Assembly (NCBI GenBank): GCA_036172245.1
Contig: JAYWIR010000033.1
Span: 1,674,001-1,738,000, forward strand
Direction of reading: 5' to 3'
Origin: Raillietiella orientalis
Lineage: Eukaryota
DNA length: 64,000 nucleotides
The position numbers and the translations under genes were made by a program. The notes beneath the pieces were generated by a model that searched no databases, was not told where the DNA came from, and saw nothing but the letters and a program-made list of their open reading frames with translations. The first letter of the stretch is position 1, and every line of letters begins with the position of its first letter. Shown piece after piece: positions 24,428-36,749 of the stretch.

Positions 24428-26260
24428 GCATTCATCATATGAAATAACAAATTCACATTTTTTTGGTGGAACATGTGGTTCTACCACGTACTGAAAGGCA
24501 AACACACTTAACCTGCGAAATACTGATATGCAGACCGGAGAGGTCTTCTTCGGCAGCAAAGGGAGAGGGAAAACCAAAAAACCAAAAATAAACAAACAAA
24601 AAAAAGGGAGCGAAAGTTTTCTAGGGAAGGAAGGGGAGGGGAAGGAACCGCGGAAGGGATCACTGCTCTCTGCGAGACGTTGTCTGCGTCCTGTCGAGGA
24701 TTTGACAAGTTCGGCCCGCATGTTTCCCAGGTGGGACCATCTCGTGGCGGTCTCCAAGAGGATTCTCTCCCAGTGGGTAGCATCCCTTCCATTTTGACCT
24801 CTTCTTCCTGGGTCCCTGGCTGCCAAGATCCCGCGAAGACAGCAGGCAACTGCAAGAGATGCTGCTGGCGGCAGTGCGGCACCACGTTCAAAGAGGAATT
24901 TAAAAATGTCCCTGAAGCCAACTACGGAATTCCAAGGGTTGTCTCTAGGCGATTCCAAAAGTGTCAAAAGGCAGCGCAGTCTAGCAGCAGATGAGGGAGG
25001 GATTTCTTCTCCAGCATCTCTATTACAGTTTGCATCTAGACTCCCCTATTTTTAATGGAAGAGACGTGCCTCGCATGGGATTCCCCGACGCAAGACCAGC
25101 AGCTCCAGCTCCTGCCATCTGAGGGGGAGGGTGCCACTGCTCCAGCACGCTGGCGGCTACTTTCGGTCTTCTGGAAACAGTGCGAGCAGCTATCCCCAGC
25201 GCATGGGTCTCTATAGGTGGGACACTCGGGGTCTCAGCGTCCGCAAGCTCCCGTGCTGTCCACGCACCGAGGAGTTTCTCTTTTGCTGCAATAGTAGTGT
25301 CTGCGTTGGCAGAGTCGCTGCCTGCAACGGAAGACCCTGCAAAAACCATAGTATCTTGCAACGAAGCAGGTGTAGAAGATGGCCGCACTGAGGAGATAAT
25401 GGAAATCTCTCATTTCGGCTACGCCCCGTTAACGTGCCTTCAGAAGGGTATCTCAGAAGACCACGGATGGGATCACATCTTCCCAATGGCTTCTTTTCTC
25501 TGCAGATTGCTTCGGAACTCGTGAAGCGCTGATCAAATAAGAGCGTACTGTGGCAGGACCTTTCGCAAGCTTTTTGCATATGACCCCGCCTCAGGAACTG
25601 CTTCTTCGCAGGCTCCTGGATAAACCTCCCTGAATCTCGACGGTCGTTCGAATTTTGGGAGGTCTCCAGGTGGTGAAGAAGCAGCAGAACTGAAAATTTT
25701 AGCCGCTGATCGCGAGGCTGTGGGCTGGTTGCGAAAATGCACGGCGTTCCTGTCTCTGTGATCAGCAGGTATCAGGACACAGAAGAGACCAGCGGCATTT
25801 CGCACGCGCCATCCCAGTTCAAATGGAGTCCCAGCAGCTGGCGCCAGTGGAACAGATGGGCTATGGCACACGTCCAGAGGTCTTTGGCACGGAGACCCGA
25901 CCCCTCGCGGCTACGGGTCACCATCGCAGAGCCAGCCAGACTAGGCCGGGGGAAGAGGGGAAAAAAGGAAGCTCTTCAGGAAGTGAAAAAGAACTGAAAG
26001 ATGCAAAGGGTCAGAGTTGCACTATGTTTGCGGAAAGAGGAGGGCATCTCCGTGACGACAGCTCATGGAAGCGTCCAAGGAAGCACCACGCTGCTAGCCG
26101 GCACTGAACAGACATGGGAAGACTAGAGACTAGACAGACCCAAATTGGGGACCGCTGGTGACTTTCTCTTCGCCGGAAGGTGCGACTCCGGAGCACAGGG
26201 GAGGAGACCAGAATTCAAACAATGCAGCAGCTGCACCCTGCGTGAGGCCCAGAGACGCCC
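24428..26260 (-). mobile_element. Internally deleted RLE element with 3' UTR
   Basis: CVLIP...SAAKIFS, SEIPF*RHVNG, EKSLPHLLLDC and SLAVACCLRGI. The 3' UTR is related to 12720-12913 and 37200-37397. Confidence 0.55.
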
Positions 26261-27014
26261 AGAGTTGCCAGAGACATCCGTCGGCGCTCCACGCTTCCCC
26301 TGCCCCTTTCCTTCTTACTCCCTCTCTCTGTTTTAAGGAGGTAGGTGATCAGATGAGGAGGGACTGTCGCCTCGGTTTCGCCGAAGGGGAGGAGACGGAC
26401 GGCGGCGCTTCTGTCGCACGCTCTCTTCCCCACTAAGCGTCCCTTTCAGACGCGCGGCTTTCCCGGAGACGGACCCCCCTGCGACCTGGGAGGGCGGGGG
26501 GGGGAAGGGAAGAGACATCTGCTTCTCCTCCGCAGACGCAGACACACCGCGGCCGCCGTGCGGACGAGGAAGCTCCGGCGCATCTTAGGGCGTCCCATTG
26601 GCTGCCGGGCGATGGGACGCCGTGTGCGCTTGTTTTCTGTCACTCGCGAGGGGAAGCAAGCGAAATAGGGAGAGAAGGAGGAGGAAGAGGCAGGTACTCG
26701 TCGTGTGAGGATCCCGGTACGGGGGGAGCAGGAAGGAGAAGTCGCGGCGCGTCCGTCAGGGAGAGGGACAGACGCGCCCCGAGAGAGCGCGGTTTCTGAT
26801 ACGATCCAGAAGGCGCTCTCCCCATCCCCATTCCAAGCAGAGCCGCGAAGTTTCGCCATGGCCGTTGCCGCCGCCGCCTGCACTCGCGACTGGGAGGTCC
26901 CGGAGGAAGACGTCGAGGCGGCGGCTCGACAGGAGGCAAAGGGAGAGGACGCCCTCAGCAGACACTCCAGCGCCCCTCGGTTTTGCCGTGCTGCTTTCCC
27001 GTCAGAGAAGCCGA

Positions 27015-27290
27015 CTTTCTTCCTAATTCCATTCCTTCTCCTCTTACTCCTCCTCCTTATTCTCCTCTCCTCTTTCTTCTCCTCTTCCTGTTTCTCCTCC
27101 CCCTCTTCCATTATTCTCCCTTCACTCATCTCGATCTATTCCCCTCTTCCATTCTTCGACATCCAGTTCTCTTTTGCCCCCCTCAATCCTTCTCTTCCTG
27201 CTGAATTCCCGTCTGCCTGCATCCTTCTCTTCGTAATTTTTCCCTTTTCCATCACTCCTACTCCTCCTCTTTCCCCAAACTTTCCTGCCC
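27015..27290. repeat. Polypyrimidine low-complexity tract
   Basis: About 275 bp of mostly C/T. Explains ORFs 26446..27129 and 26705..27343. Confidence 0.85.
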
Positions 27291-27399
27291 GCTTGTATCT
27301 TAGGATCGCTGGAGAGCAGGACGAGGAAGTGTCCGTCCCGTAGGGACCATCTGCTCGGTTCCTGTCCATCTCTGGCCCCAGGACAAAGAATGCGAGGGA

Positions 27400-28000
27400 A
27401 GCGGAAGCGAGGAAGAATCCCCCCCTTGCTTTCAGAAGGGCACTCCAGGGGGTCGTGTAGCCATAGGAGACTCCTTTCCTTTGGGATCCTCCCTTCCCTT
27501 CGCCTCCTGACGATGGTTTCCAGACTCTTCCAGAAACCTGGAAGAAGAAGATCCATACATAAGTTTTATTCTCCTCCTCCTCCTTTATTTCTCCCCAACC
27601 ACCAATCTTTTCTGCCAATCCTTCTCAGCAGGAAACCCATTCGTGCCCTCCTTCCTTCCTGGAATGAGAAGAGCCGTGGCGAGAGAAGGAGGAAAAGTCA
27701 GTATGTCGACCTTTTCAGAGCTTCCTGAAGCGAATGCCCCACCGTGATGTTCGTTCTTCCCTCCCATATTCCAGCTCCATACCAGCTCCCCACCTACCGC
27801 CGCCTGGGGAGCTCTTTGTTCACTTATTCGGGATCGCACCTTCCTACCATTTCTACAACTGCACTTCGGCGGCAGGAAGAAGGCGGGATGCACTCCGGGA
27901 CTCTTTCCCTCCCCGGACGCCTTTCGAATTCCTCTGCTCCGGAAGAAGCAGGACGCGCTTCCTTTTCATCTCTTGTGCTTCCTCGGTGGGGGAGACGGGA
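27400..28000 (+). mobile_element. CR1/Jockey-type LINE RT remnant
   Basis: TLPETWKK, RKPIRALL, YVDLFRAS and GMHSGTLSLP occur in RT order. Confidence 0.45.
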
Positions 28001-29109
28001 GTGGATCACTGCTCCTCCCCTTGCAGTCCGGAGGCGCTCCTTCGCTATCCGACAGCACGAGACTCCCTGCTCGGTTTCCAACGGGAAGACAGCGGGTGGC
28101 AAGGGCAGGAACCCGCGCGCGCTCCGGTAGTCACGGAAACGGCGCAGCTTGTGGGGGAGAGAGGAAGCTGCAACATGGGCACGTGAGGGACTGAATCAGA
28201 AACACTTCCGCGGCACTTCTTCCTTGTGCCTACTCGAACCTTTGCTCTTCTTCGCCTCCTCCTTCCTTGCCCTTTCCAGCATGCGAGAAGACAGGCCTGA
28301 GATCCTTGCTCCTCCCCTCTCATCTCGAGTGAGCCGGCAGTGCTTGCGGCTAAGACCTCGAGGGACTCCGAGGACTTGCCCGATCCTGGGCCAGAGGCGA
28401 GATCCTGTTGTCTTATCCGGAGGGCGAGCAGGCTGCCACGCGAGACCTGGAGAGAAGATGGAATAGCTGCGTCTCTTCCATCCCAAACGATCACCTGGGG
28501 AGGTCTCGCGTCGATCCGGAACACGCCCTATCTTGAGCATGTTGTTCCTGAGAAAGCGTCATGGTAGAGACCTCCTGGGGAGGAGAACTAAGCCGATCGA
28601 TGACAACGACTCCACCTGCAGGCTGGTTGGCGTGCCTTTTCTTGAATGACTCGTGACGACATCCGCAGGCATCCGGAGGATGCAGTGTCGTCTTGTTTAC
28701 GCGTGTTCGCACTCCGGATAAAGAGGTGGAGAGACACCGACGATCCCAATGCATTCCAATGCTTCGGATGCAGTGCCGAGTCATTCGACCACCGCTCTCG
28801 CCTTTTTCTTCAAGATGCACTTAGCGCAAGAAATGTCGCCGCCCTTGAGCTTATCCGCTGAAGGCGGTTAGTTGAGTTAGAAGGTGAGTTAGGTCCTCTT
28901 AACTGCTGAGGAGGAAAGGCAAAGCGATCCTTCAGGAATGACCCGAAAGTTCGCTCCTTTCATCAGACTTGGTGCTCTTTTCTTTATTTTTCTGATTTTC
29001 CTCACAATCTTCGCGGTTCATTCGTCAGTCGCAGGGAAACGCGTGTCCGGATGCACTGGCCACTGTCAGCATCTGCTCAAACCACTCAATCTCGGCTCAT
29101 GGCCTAGAC

Positions 29110-30430
29110 GCACGGTCTCCTCCCTTCCTCCTCCGGCCACCGACTTAGGTTGGGAGGGGAGGAAGAGCCAAGAAGTAAGGAGACCTCCGATGTCAAGCGT
29201 TCAAGGTCAGCCCTCAGTCATCTTTCCAATTCGCACCACCCACGTTCCCGATGACGGAACTTTCGAGACGCCGAAGCTGCACCCTCTGCACGCTCCTCGA
29301 CGACGACGCCCCACTCTCTGAACGCAGGGAAAGCTGTCGTGCCCATCGACCCAGAGGACAATCCGGGTGCTGCTGTGACGGTCCTTCGGACGAACCACGG
29401 ACGCGTCCGCAATTTGCATTGGCGCAGCTTCCCACCGCAGGGATCGTGTTGGTTCGCAACGACGCGCGGACAGATATTCTGTCCGGGCGTCGTTGAGTAT
29501 TCCCGCAGGAGCTTTTCTGGAGGGAAACTGCAGAGCCACCTCGAACGCAGTCGGCGATCTTTCGAAGCAGCAGCAGACGTCGGGACTTCTCTGCACCTGC
29601 CGAAGCAGCCAGCCGTGAGGTGCTCGCTGCAAGTCGACCTTTTCGGCGCCGACCCACCCGCGGGCGTCCTAGATCTAGCGAGACCCACGTTGCTGGCTGA
29701 TTTTGGACCGCAAGGAACTAACGTCCCTGTTCCACTGGAGACAAGAAGGAGGTTGACGGAATTGGTTCTCTTCCTTTGATACCATCGTCAGTCTTTCGAA
29801 GAAGGAGACATCAAAAGTGGAGAGATGTTTCCTTTGATGTTTTTACGTCGAAAAACTTCAGTCGACTTTGCAAATAGGCTGGGTTGCCTAGGCTACCAGC
29901 TCCCACAAGGGATGTTCAGGAAGGTACCGCGGTGGCAAGCAGACTGCATCGGAAGCTGAGGAAGCTCGCTCTTTTCAGAGCAGAAGCATCTTTGACAGGA
30001 TTCATTACGTTCCCTCATATCCTTATGAAACGAGCTGACTCTGACTCGTTTTTAGAGATATGAAGGGAGACTATGGGCAAAGGTTTCTTGTTGCTGTTGT
30101 CTGACGATCCTAGTATGATAAGAGTTCTTTAAAGGGCTCCTCGCAGTGCTTGGGTTGAAGCAGAGGAAGAACTGTGGCTCGTAATTCCATCTCTTCTTCC
30201 TCTCTGGGAGGTTCTTGTTACGGAGCGTGTCCTTGAGTCCGAAAAGGGAGGCTGGCATGTCGAGACTCTCGTTTAGTGGAGTGGATCAAAAACTTCTGGC
30301 AGCTTCCTGAAGGCTGTCTTCTGACCGCAGTTTCGAGTCGTTCTGATCAGACTCTTTCATGAGGGTCCAGCTCTTCTCCCTCCATATCGGTTCTTGCTGC
30401 GGATTCAGAGGTCAGAACCTCAAGAGCCAG
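29110..30430 (-). mobile_element. Frameshifted RLE-derived repeat, copy B, with upstream RT remnant
   Basis: Bases 29130-29695 are the reverse complement of 42159-42715. Bases 29720-29905 match 21449-21635 less closely. Upstream motifs FFLCFNP and TFAHSL (RT 4-5). Confidence 0.75.
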
Positions 30431-30449
30431 AAACCATTGGTTGTTGCTC

Positions 30450-30900
30450 CTCTGCAGGAGGAAAACTTCTGAGCCTCGGATCCGTAAGCTGCACAAGGGC
30501 TCTCATCCACTCGTTAATGCAGAGCACACTGAGATGATCGAGAGACATGATTCACCATCTCTTCCTGCTGCCTCATTTCCCTTCAAGAGACCGCGTTGCG
30601 CCTCCAGGGAAAAGCGGGATTCCATGTTATTCCGGATTCGACGCAAGAGACATTTGTATGGAACCGTTCCGCGCGCCTCCATCGGAACGGAAGACAGGCT
30701 TGACGGAAGTCTGACATCTCGGAGAGGTCACCAAGAGCCAAGGAGATCAGCAGTAGCCACGAACAGAAGTTCTGAATCTCGGCATATCTTTCCCGGACGC
30801 GCTTCGCTCGGAAATTCTGAGATGTCGGCGCATCGCCGAAGACAGTCGGAAGAGCAAGACAAAGAGCTCCTAAAGAGAGAGCAGGGTTGCCCCGTCACGA
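30450..30900 (+). mobile_element. Possible non-LTR RT remnant
   Basis: PFKRPRCASREKRDSMLF resembles IxxKRGVxQGxPxSPxLF. Confidence 0.3.
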
Positions 30901-30996
30901 GGGCAGAGCAGGATCGAAAAGAAATAACAAAACGCCGGCTTCCAGGAACGAAGGGAGAGGCAGGCGGCGAAAGCAGTCGTGAAGGGAATTTATTTA

Positions 30997-31085
30997 TTTA
31001 TTTTTTTCCTCTTCTGACAAGGGCTGGTGGCGTGCTCTTTGTCCGGGATCGAATTCTGGCTACAGCCACGGCTCAGAGGAGTAAA
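30997..31085 (-). repeat. 89-bp structured repeat, copy 1
   Basis: Reverse complement of 33537-33625 with 2 mismatches. On the minus strand it runs into a (TAAA)n tail. Confidence 0.9.
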
Positions 31086-31239
31086 AAGGGTCCAGAGGAT
31101 CGTTCGGAGCAGGTTCCCATGCCGCCGGCTGTCGGAGCCGAAAATGGGATGTCATCGGGGCAGCTCATGGGAAAGGCAGAGGAGATGAAATAAAAACAAG
31201 ACGGGAGGAGAACGCCTGTGTTTTAGAGTCTAGAGAGTG

Positions 31240-32890
31240 GTATCAGGTTCTCCTGGAGGAATGCGTTCTCCCCTCCTGGTTCCGTATGCCATGCAGGGGA
31301 TAAGGGCGGGGAGAAGCAGGAAGATTTGCGTGCAGGCGCGCGCCTTTCCAGCAGCTCCCAAGCTCAGGCGGGACGAGAATAAGCAAGCCGACGGCTACGA
31401 CGGGGACCGTGTGCCGCGCCGCAAGCCGCCTCTTTATCAGCATCCCCCGGAGCAGTCCGTCGCCCCTCCCCCTCCGTGCCTCACTATAGTGGGCAGCCGC
31501 ATGGCACCGGATATAGTAAAATGCTGGAGGCGCGATGCTGCTGGAAGAGCAACAGTGAGTTTCCCAACAGACGGAGAAGTTGGAAGCGGACAGCTGGTAG
31601 GAACAAAGCGCTGGCGCTCGCTGGAGTGGCCAAAGGTTGCAGAGGCATCATCCACCATCACGCGAGTGTCTGCAGGATGGTCCGAGGGCGAACCGCGGAG
31701 TCGGTTGCGAGTCCCACTACCGGAAAAGAGACGCGCTGAACTTGCTGGTGGGGTGCGCATGCGCGCGCTTCGGAGAAAGCTCGCTTCAGGCGCAGCCCAA
31801 CTCTAGACAAGTTCCTCCCCGGCTCCTAGAGGCGAAGAGTCCAGATAATCTGTATAGTTGTGCGGAGGACCCAGAAAAAGTATGAAATGTTCCCTCCCTT
31901 CCAAAGAAAAAAGTGAACGATGAAAGGACAATCAGGGAAGTAGACAGTCTGGTATCAGAAGTCAAGTGAACTTACAGAACAGAGAGTGACGGAGTCAGGA
32001 GATGCTGCCTAGTTGCCGAGGCCAGGAATCTCACTGCGATACCCTCGAGAGCACCTCGTTCGGTTCCGGCCAAGAGGGAAGAACGAATCGCAGAGTGAGA
32101 AGCGCAAGACGAGCGCATTTGCAGCTTTCTCAGGAAGGTTCCCAGCGGCCAGTGATCCCGAGAAGAGGATGAAGAAGTACGATCTGAGTCAGAATGATGA
32201 TAGCAAACATGAACAGAAGACGAAATGCTGTCCCACATACTAAACAGATGCAAGGGACACGTTCCTCTGTCCATGGCACGCCACAACGCTATTTAAAAGA
32301 TGATCAGAAAGGCCGCAGTGGCTGAAGCGAAATGGACCCTTCTGTCCAGCGACCAGAGAGTTCCAAGAACAAATTCCCTCCTACAACCGGGTCTAGTAAT
32401 GGAAAAAGGAAACCGGGTATTCGTGCTGGACGTCTTCTGCCCATACGAAAATGGAAGAGAGGCATTCAGCAAGAAGCCAAAAGGAGCAAAGAAGGAAAAC
32501 ACAAGATTTATCCCTACAGCTGGGAAGAGGAGGAAAGAAATGGTACATGCATCCATCGTTGGTTTTCTGGGAGCCTGGGATACAGGAAATGAGGAAGTAC
32601 TGCAAGATCTAGGAACCCCAAAGAAGAAATTGGTGGAAACGAGGCACCAGATGGTAGCTTCGTGTATCTGGCGGTACTCAAGTGATATCCATGCGGCCCA
32701 CGTCGTACGAAATGCCTACTACCAGCAGAAGAACCTCATCAATCTGCTCTTACCACACAGAAGCCAGGAAGCTTAGGAAGCACCATTAGGAGGGGCGAGG
32801 AGCGTTTAAAGTGAACGGTGGAGGAACTGCAAAAGAAGGTCCAGAGCTCCCCTGTAACCAGTTATGTAACTGCATACACAAGCGATAAAG
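31240..32890 (+). mobile_element. NeSL/Utopia-clade RLE retrotransposon 3' half (best-preserved remnant, pseudogenised)
   Basis: EMLSHILNRCKGH..ARHNAI* at 32222, then ORF 32300..32776 with LQPGLV..VLDVFCPYENGREAF..IVGFLGAWDTGNEEVLQDLG..SSDIHAAHV. The catalytic PD motif reads PG. Confidence 0.85.
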
Positions 32891-33536
32891 TTTCCTACTC
32901 TCTTTCACGAATTCGAGAGTCGTTGTTGCTTCCCGAGGGCACAATGTTGAGCTCTAAAAGACGGAATTCGTTCAGTGTCTAGAAAAGTACATATTCAGAG
33001 GAAAACAAAATGCGGAGATGCCTCCTGTGACAGATTTTTTCTTGTTTAAGAGATTCTTCACAAGGCGGGCACACTTACAACTTCCTTAGAGCCTCTCTGA
33101 TTCTAGATGAAAGACGTCCTCGATCGTTCTTGTAGAGATGCTTATCAGGAAACTTTCGAATACAGTGCTGTAAATAGCAAGAGAAAAGCACAACTATATC
33201 GGTTTGTCTTTCGCGCTATCGTCATCTGACGTTATTCTTCAATTTCAATACAGAACAGACTGAAGGAAAGTCTACAGAAGCGTCCCGTTTTCTTCCCCCA
33301 ACTGACATGGAAACTATTTCCGAAGATGAGTTTTTAAGAACCCTCCTTCGAAAAGTTACTTGAGTTCATCCTCTAACATCCCATTTTTGACCTAAGGAAA
33401 TGCAAAGCATTCACAAGAACTAGTAGGAAGAAAGACTCGGCATGACGTTCACTCGTTCTTGTGACGTAATTAGCGGAGAAAGTTTCTGCTTCCTAAAGTT
33501 CTCAAAAGGGAGTCTCTGAGCCAACGTGACGATCGC

Positions 33537-33625
33537 TTTACTCCTCTGAGCCGTGGCTGTAGCCAGAATTCGATCCGGGACAAAGAGCACGCCACCAGCC
33601 CTTGTCAGAGGAGGAAAAAAATAAA
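33537..33625 (+). repeat. 89-bp structured repeat, copy 2
   Basis: Inverted relative to 30997-31085. Ends AAAAAAATAAA. Confidence 0.9.
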
Positions 33626-33699
33626 CCTTCCAACCTCGCCTTTTGCATGCCAATGATGCGTCAACCACACACCAACTCATTACCTCATCAGCCAACGAT

Positions 33700-34150
33700 T
33701 TCTGAGTCAAAAATCAAACCGTGGTCAACGAAAAAGATGCGATGGGAGTTGATTGCCCCCAGGCGGCCTGTTTCAGTGACATCCTGGAAACTAGAGTTTT
33801 ACGGAGAAACAAAGTACTGGACTTCAGATTTTCTTTGAGTATTCGGCAACGACTCTAGAAGGAAGATCACAAAGAGGATGACCAGCACCAGGATTTCCTT
33901 TACTTTGAGGAAACCTGAAGACCATCGTTGGTCGTAGGATTGCTTAGATCCGGAAGAAAGGGACCGAGCACAATATCAGGGTGATGGAGAAAACAGCCCG
34001 TATTCCCGGGGTACTTACAGCGTCTCTTTCTTATTTTATCGCATCCCAATGAGTCTATCCTCGGAACGGGCTCCTTCCACTGACAGGATCTGCTCCGAAG
34101 CAAAGGTCGGGTGAGCACGCTCGACGTGACTACCTTTTCTTGCAGTCTTC
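33700..34150 (+). mobile_element. Possible non-LTR RT remnant, domains 2-3
   Basis: RRPVSVTSWKLEF (RPISxxSxxxKLF) and a downstream DCLD. Confidence 0.3.
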
Positions 34151-34239
34151 CAAACCCGCTGGATTCTTCGAAAATTAGCCAACGGCTTTAGAAGACTCCA
34201 AGGAAAGGAGGCAGGGCAAGCACTACTAGTGCGTGGTTA

Positions 34240-34627
34240 TTCCTCTTCTAGGGAAAGAACGCCCTCCTCCACGCGTGCTCTCTTGGCAGTAGCTCTCGAT
34301 GCGTAGCGGCACGTCAACGACAGGGTCCCCGAGGAACTGAAGTTCCGGCAAAGGCGAGCCGAGACCACCTGTGGAAAAACGTGGTCTCTGGCAGCGTCCA
34401 GCGACGCTCCTGCCTGATCTGATGGGGGCATCTGATGGACCACTGTGGATGATCCTTCCGCCATGACACGCTGCAAGGGGACCTCGAAAGAGCTGTCCGA
34501 GAAAGTCGGAAAACCGTCAAGACGTGACGATGTGTTGCCCCCTGCGATGCGCAAAACCACCACAATGAGTTCTTACGTAGAGTGTGGACAGCTTTAAACC
34601 TGTCCGCTCCACGTTTGGCTTCTCGGA
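34240..34627 (-). mobile_element. R2-like N-terminal zinc finger/Myb remnant
   Basis: VHTLRKNSLWWFCAS and WRKDHPQW...RRWTLPE resemble HxRxxHP...RWTxEE. Confidence 0.4.
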
Positions 34628-34928
34628 GTGACGTCAGCGTGCGCGATTGGCACGGCGGCCAACAATGCAATCTAAAAATACACGGAGAGAGACTTGAGAG
34701 TGGCTCTCCCCAAGTCCTGCTTTGCGGCGTGACGTCAGCGTGCGCGATCGGCACGGCGGCCAACAATGCAATCTAAAAATACACGGAGAGAGACTTGAGA
34801 GTGGCTCTCCCCAAGTCCTGCTTTGCGGCGTGACGTCAGCGTGCGCGATCGGCACGGCGGCCAACAATGCAATGTAAAAATACACGGAGAGAGACTTGAG
34901 AGTGGCTCTCCCCAAGTCCGGCTTCGCG
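34628..34928. repeat. Tandem repeat, 3 x 101 bp
   Basis: Units start at 34628, 34729 and 34830 and differ by only a few substitutions. Each contains TGACGTCA and GACTTG/CAAGTC. Confidence 0.95.
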
Positions 34929-34929
34929 T

Positions 34930-36550
34930 GAAAACTGGGAGGCTTGGGTCACTCTGAAGGTTTTAAGTCGCTCTCTCTGAATCTCTCTTTGGCTTGGCAA
35001 AAGTAATTCCCGGTTATCTATATTGAAGGCATAGGTTGAGTCACCTCCTGTAATGAAGGAAGCGTCAAGAATCATAACACCGCTGTAAAGAGGAGTTGGA
35101 GAAAATACACAGCAGAGGAAATGGTGAAAATTCTCCACTAGATTTTGTGCCTTCTTAACATGAATGCAATCAGGAAAATGAGACAGAATTTGATTTGAGT
35201 TCCTATTAGAACAATTTTTCCCTTAAGGAATCCTGCAGGTTCATCATAAGGATTTAAGAAGTCAGACTTTCTTTGCTCCTGAGCTGCGCTTCATCGAACA
35301 GATTCGTCTTGCCAGAGGCTGCTGTTTCTGGTGAAAGAGTTCCTTCTTTTCAAATCACCAGTTTCTCACGGTTCAGCAACTTTTGCTTCCTTCGCCATTG
35401 GACGTATGAGAGTGCTTTTTCTCGTGTGTTCTCCGATTCGCCTCATCCTGCAATTTAAACATTGAAGTTCCCTTAACCACAGTTAAGCGAACTTAAGCGC
35501 TGCTTTTAGGGGCTGCCACGCAGGAGAGTCAAAGGAACGGCTCACTGTTAGATCAGCATTGACATTAATGGAGCTTTGCACCCTAAACGAATTTGCTGGC
35601 AGAAGCCACGCAGACGCTTGTAAGTTAACAGTGGTGATCCAGAGACGAAGAGAAGCATCAGCTATTTCGAACTTCATTCCTCGGGAGGAAATGAAGAAGG
35701 TTAGGTGAGACCAGAAATTCTGACTCATTCTCATGAAAACAAAGATCTGAGAGTGCTCTTGAGAAGTTGATTATCCTTGAGATAAACGGTCTAGAGAGTG
35801 AGTTTTCCCAGAATGCAGCTTTCTGCCTCATCACTGTTAGCAGAAACTTTAAGTCGCTTTCACAGAGAATGAAGACCTGTTAAGATTTCCTAAGAATGAT
35901 TAAAAAGGCAACTGAAAGAAGATACGACCGGAAGATGCCTGTGGAGACATCGGAAAGCAAGCGGTGAAGGACGGTTACGTGATGCTTTCTTAAGATGCTT
36001 CGTGGTTTTATAGCCATTATCTGATCCAAGATGATGACTCCTCTTGTTACCGGGCTTTAGAACGTTCACTCAAAGGGGAAGCTTGATTTGAATTCTCAAG
36101 TTTGTTCAAGACAAGAAGCCTTGGTCCTAATAACTTTTCAGCAATGCAATATCTTGCAGATACGCCTCATCGAAGAAAGACAGCTTCAACAACGAAGACT
36201 GAATCCATGTTGCCTTCTAGGAAAGCCTAGCTTTAGGAAACGCATCCTTGAGGGATACCTAACAGATAAGAGTGTCAACGAGCGTGGACTTTCTTAAGGG
36301 CATATTGGTTTGTTCTTAAGCTTCCCTCTGCAGAATTCGATTGGAAAAGGTTTTCGTGGACTGTTTTGGGAATGAAGCAGCAGATAAGAGCAACATCTCA
36401 TCGTCTCGGAAAGAGAAATTGGAGTGGAGTCTCTTAACTCTGGATTAGCCAGGACCGAATAGGTGGGGAACGATTCTTCAGCGAATATAGAGAGCGTTTA
36501 AAGCAAAACATGGAGGAAGGACCCCACGAAAGCCGATGATCGTCTTGCTA
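34930..36550 (-). mobile_element. Degenerate RLE non-LTR element (RT to endonuclease)
   Basis: GIPQGC at 36259-36242, then MKFEIADASLRLWITTVNLQ (FxIxARLxLLPTxxNL). Confidence 0.45.
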
Positions 36551-36749
36551 TCTCTTTAGATGAAGCTTTTCTGTGAAATCCGAAGTATAAAAATGATGAT
36601 GAGGATCAGAAAACTCAGGGATTGTGGTTACTGATAGATCTTGGAAGCGATTCGAGGGATGAGTCTCACTGACTAAAGATCCTCTAAGGTCGAATCTATG
36701 TCAGGATTGTTCAAGTAGCCTTCGATCTAAACATATGCAATCAGATTCA

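Noticed and set aside
26446..27343. E/K/R-rich and hydrophobic ORFs as real proteins
   Set aside because: They are translation artefacts of the polypyrimidine tract.
31017..31070. HDV-like ribozyme or intact tRNA in the 89-bp repeat
   Set aside because: There is no room for P3/L3 and no P1.1 pairing. The D and anticodon arms of a tRNA are missing.
34628..34928. CRISPR array, SL RNA or U5 snRNA interpretation of the 101-bp repeat
   Set aside because: There are no unique spacers or cas genes. TATTTTTAG is not a canonical Sm site, and the U5 loop I and SL exon sequences are absent.
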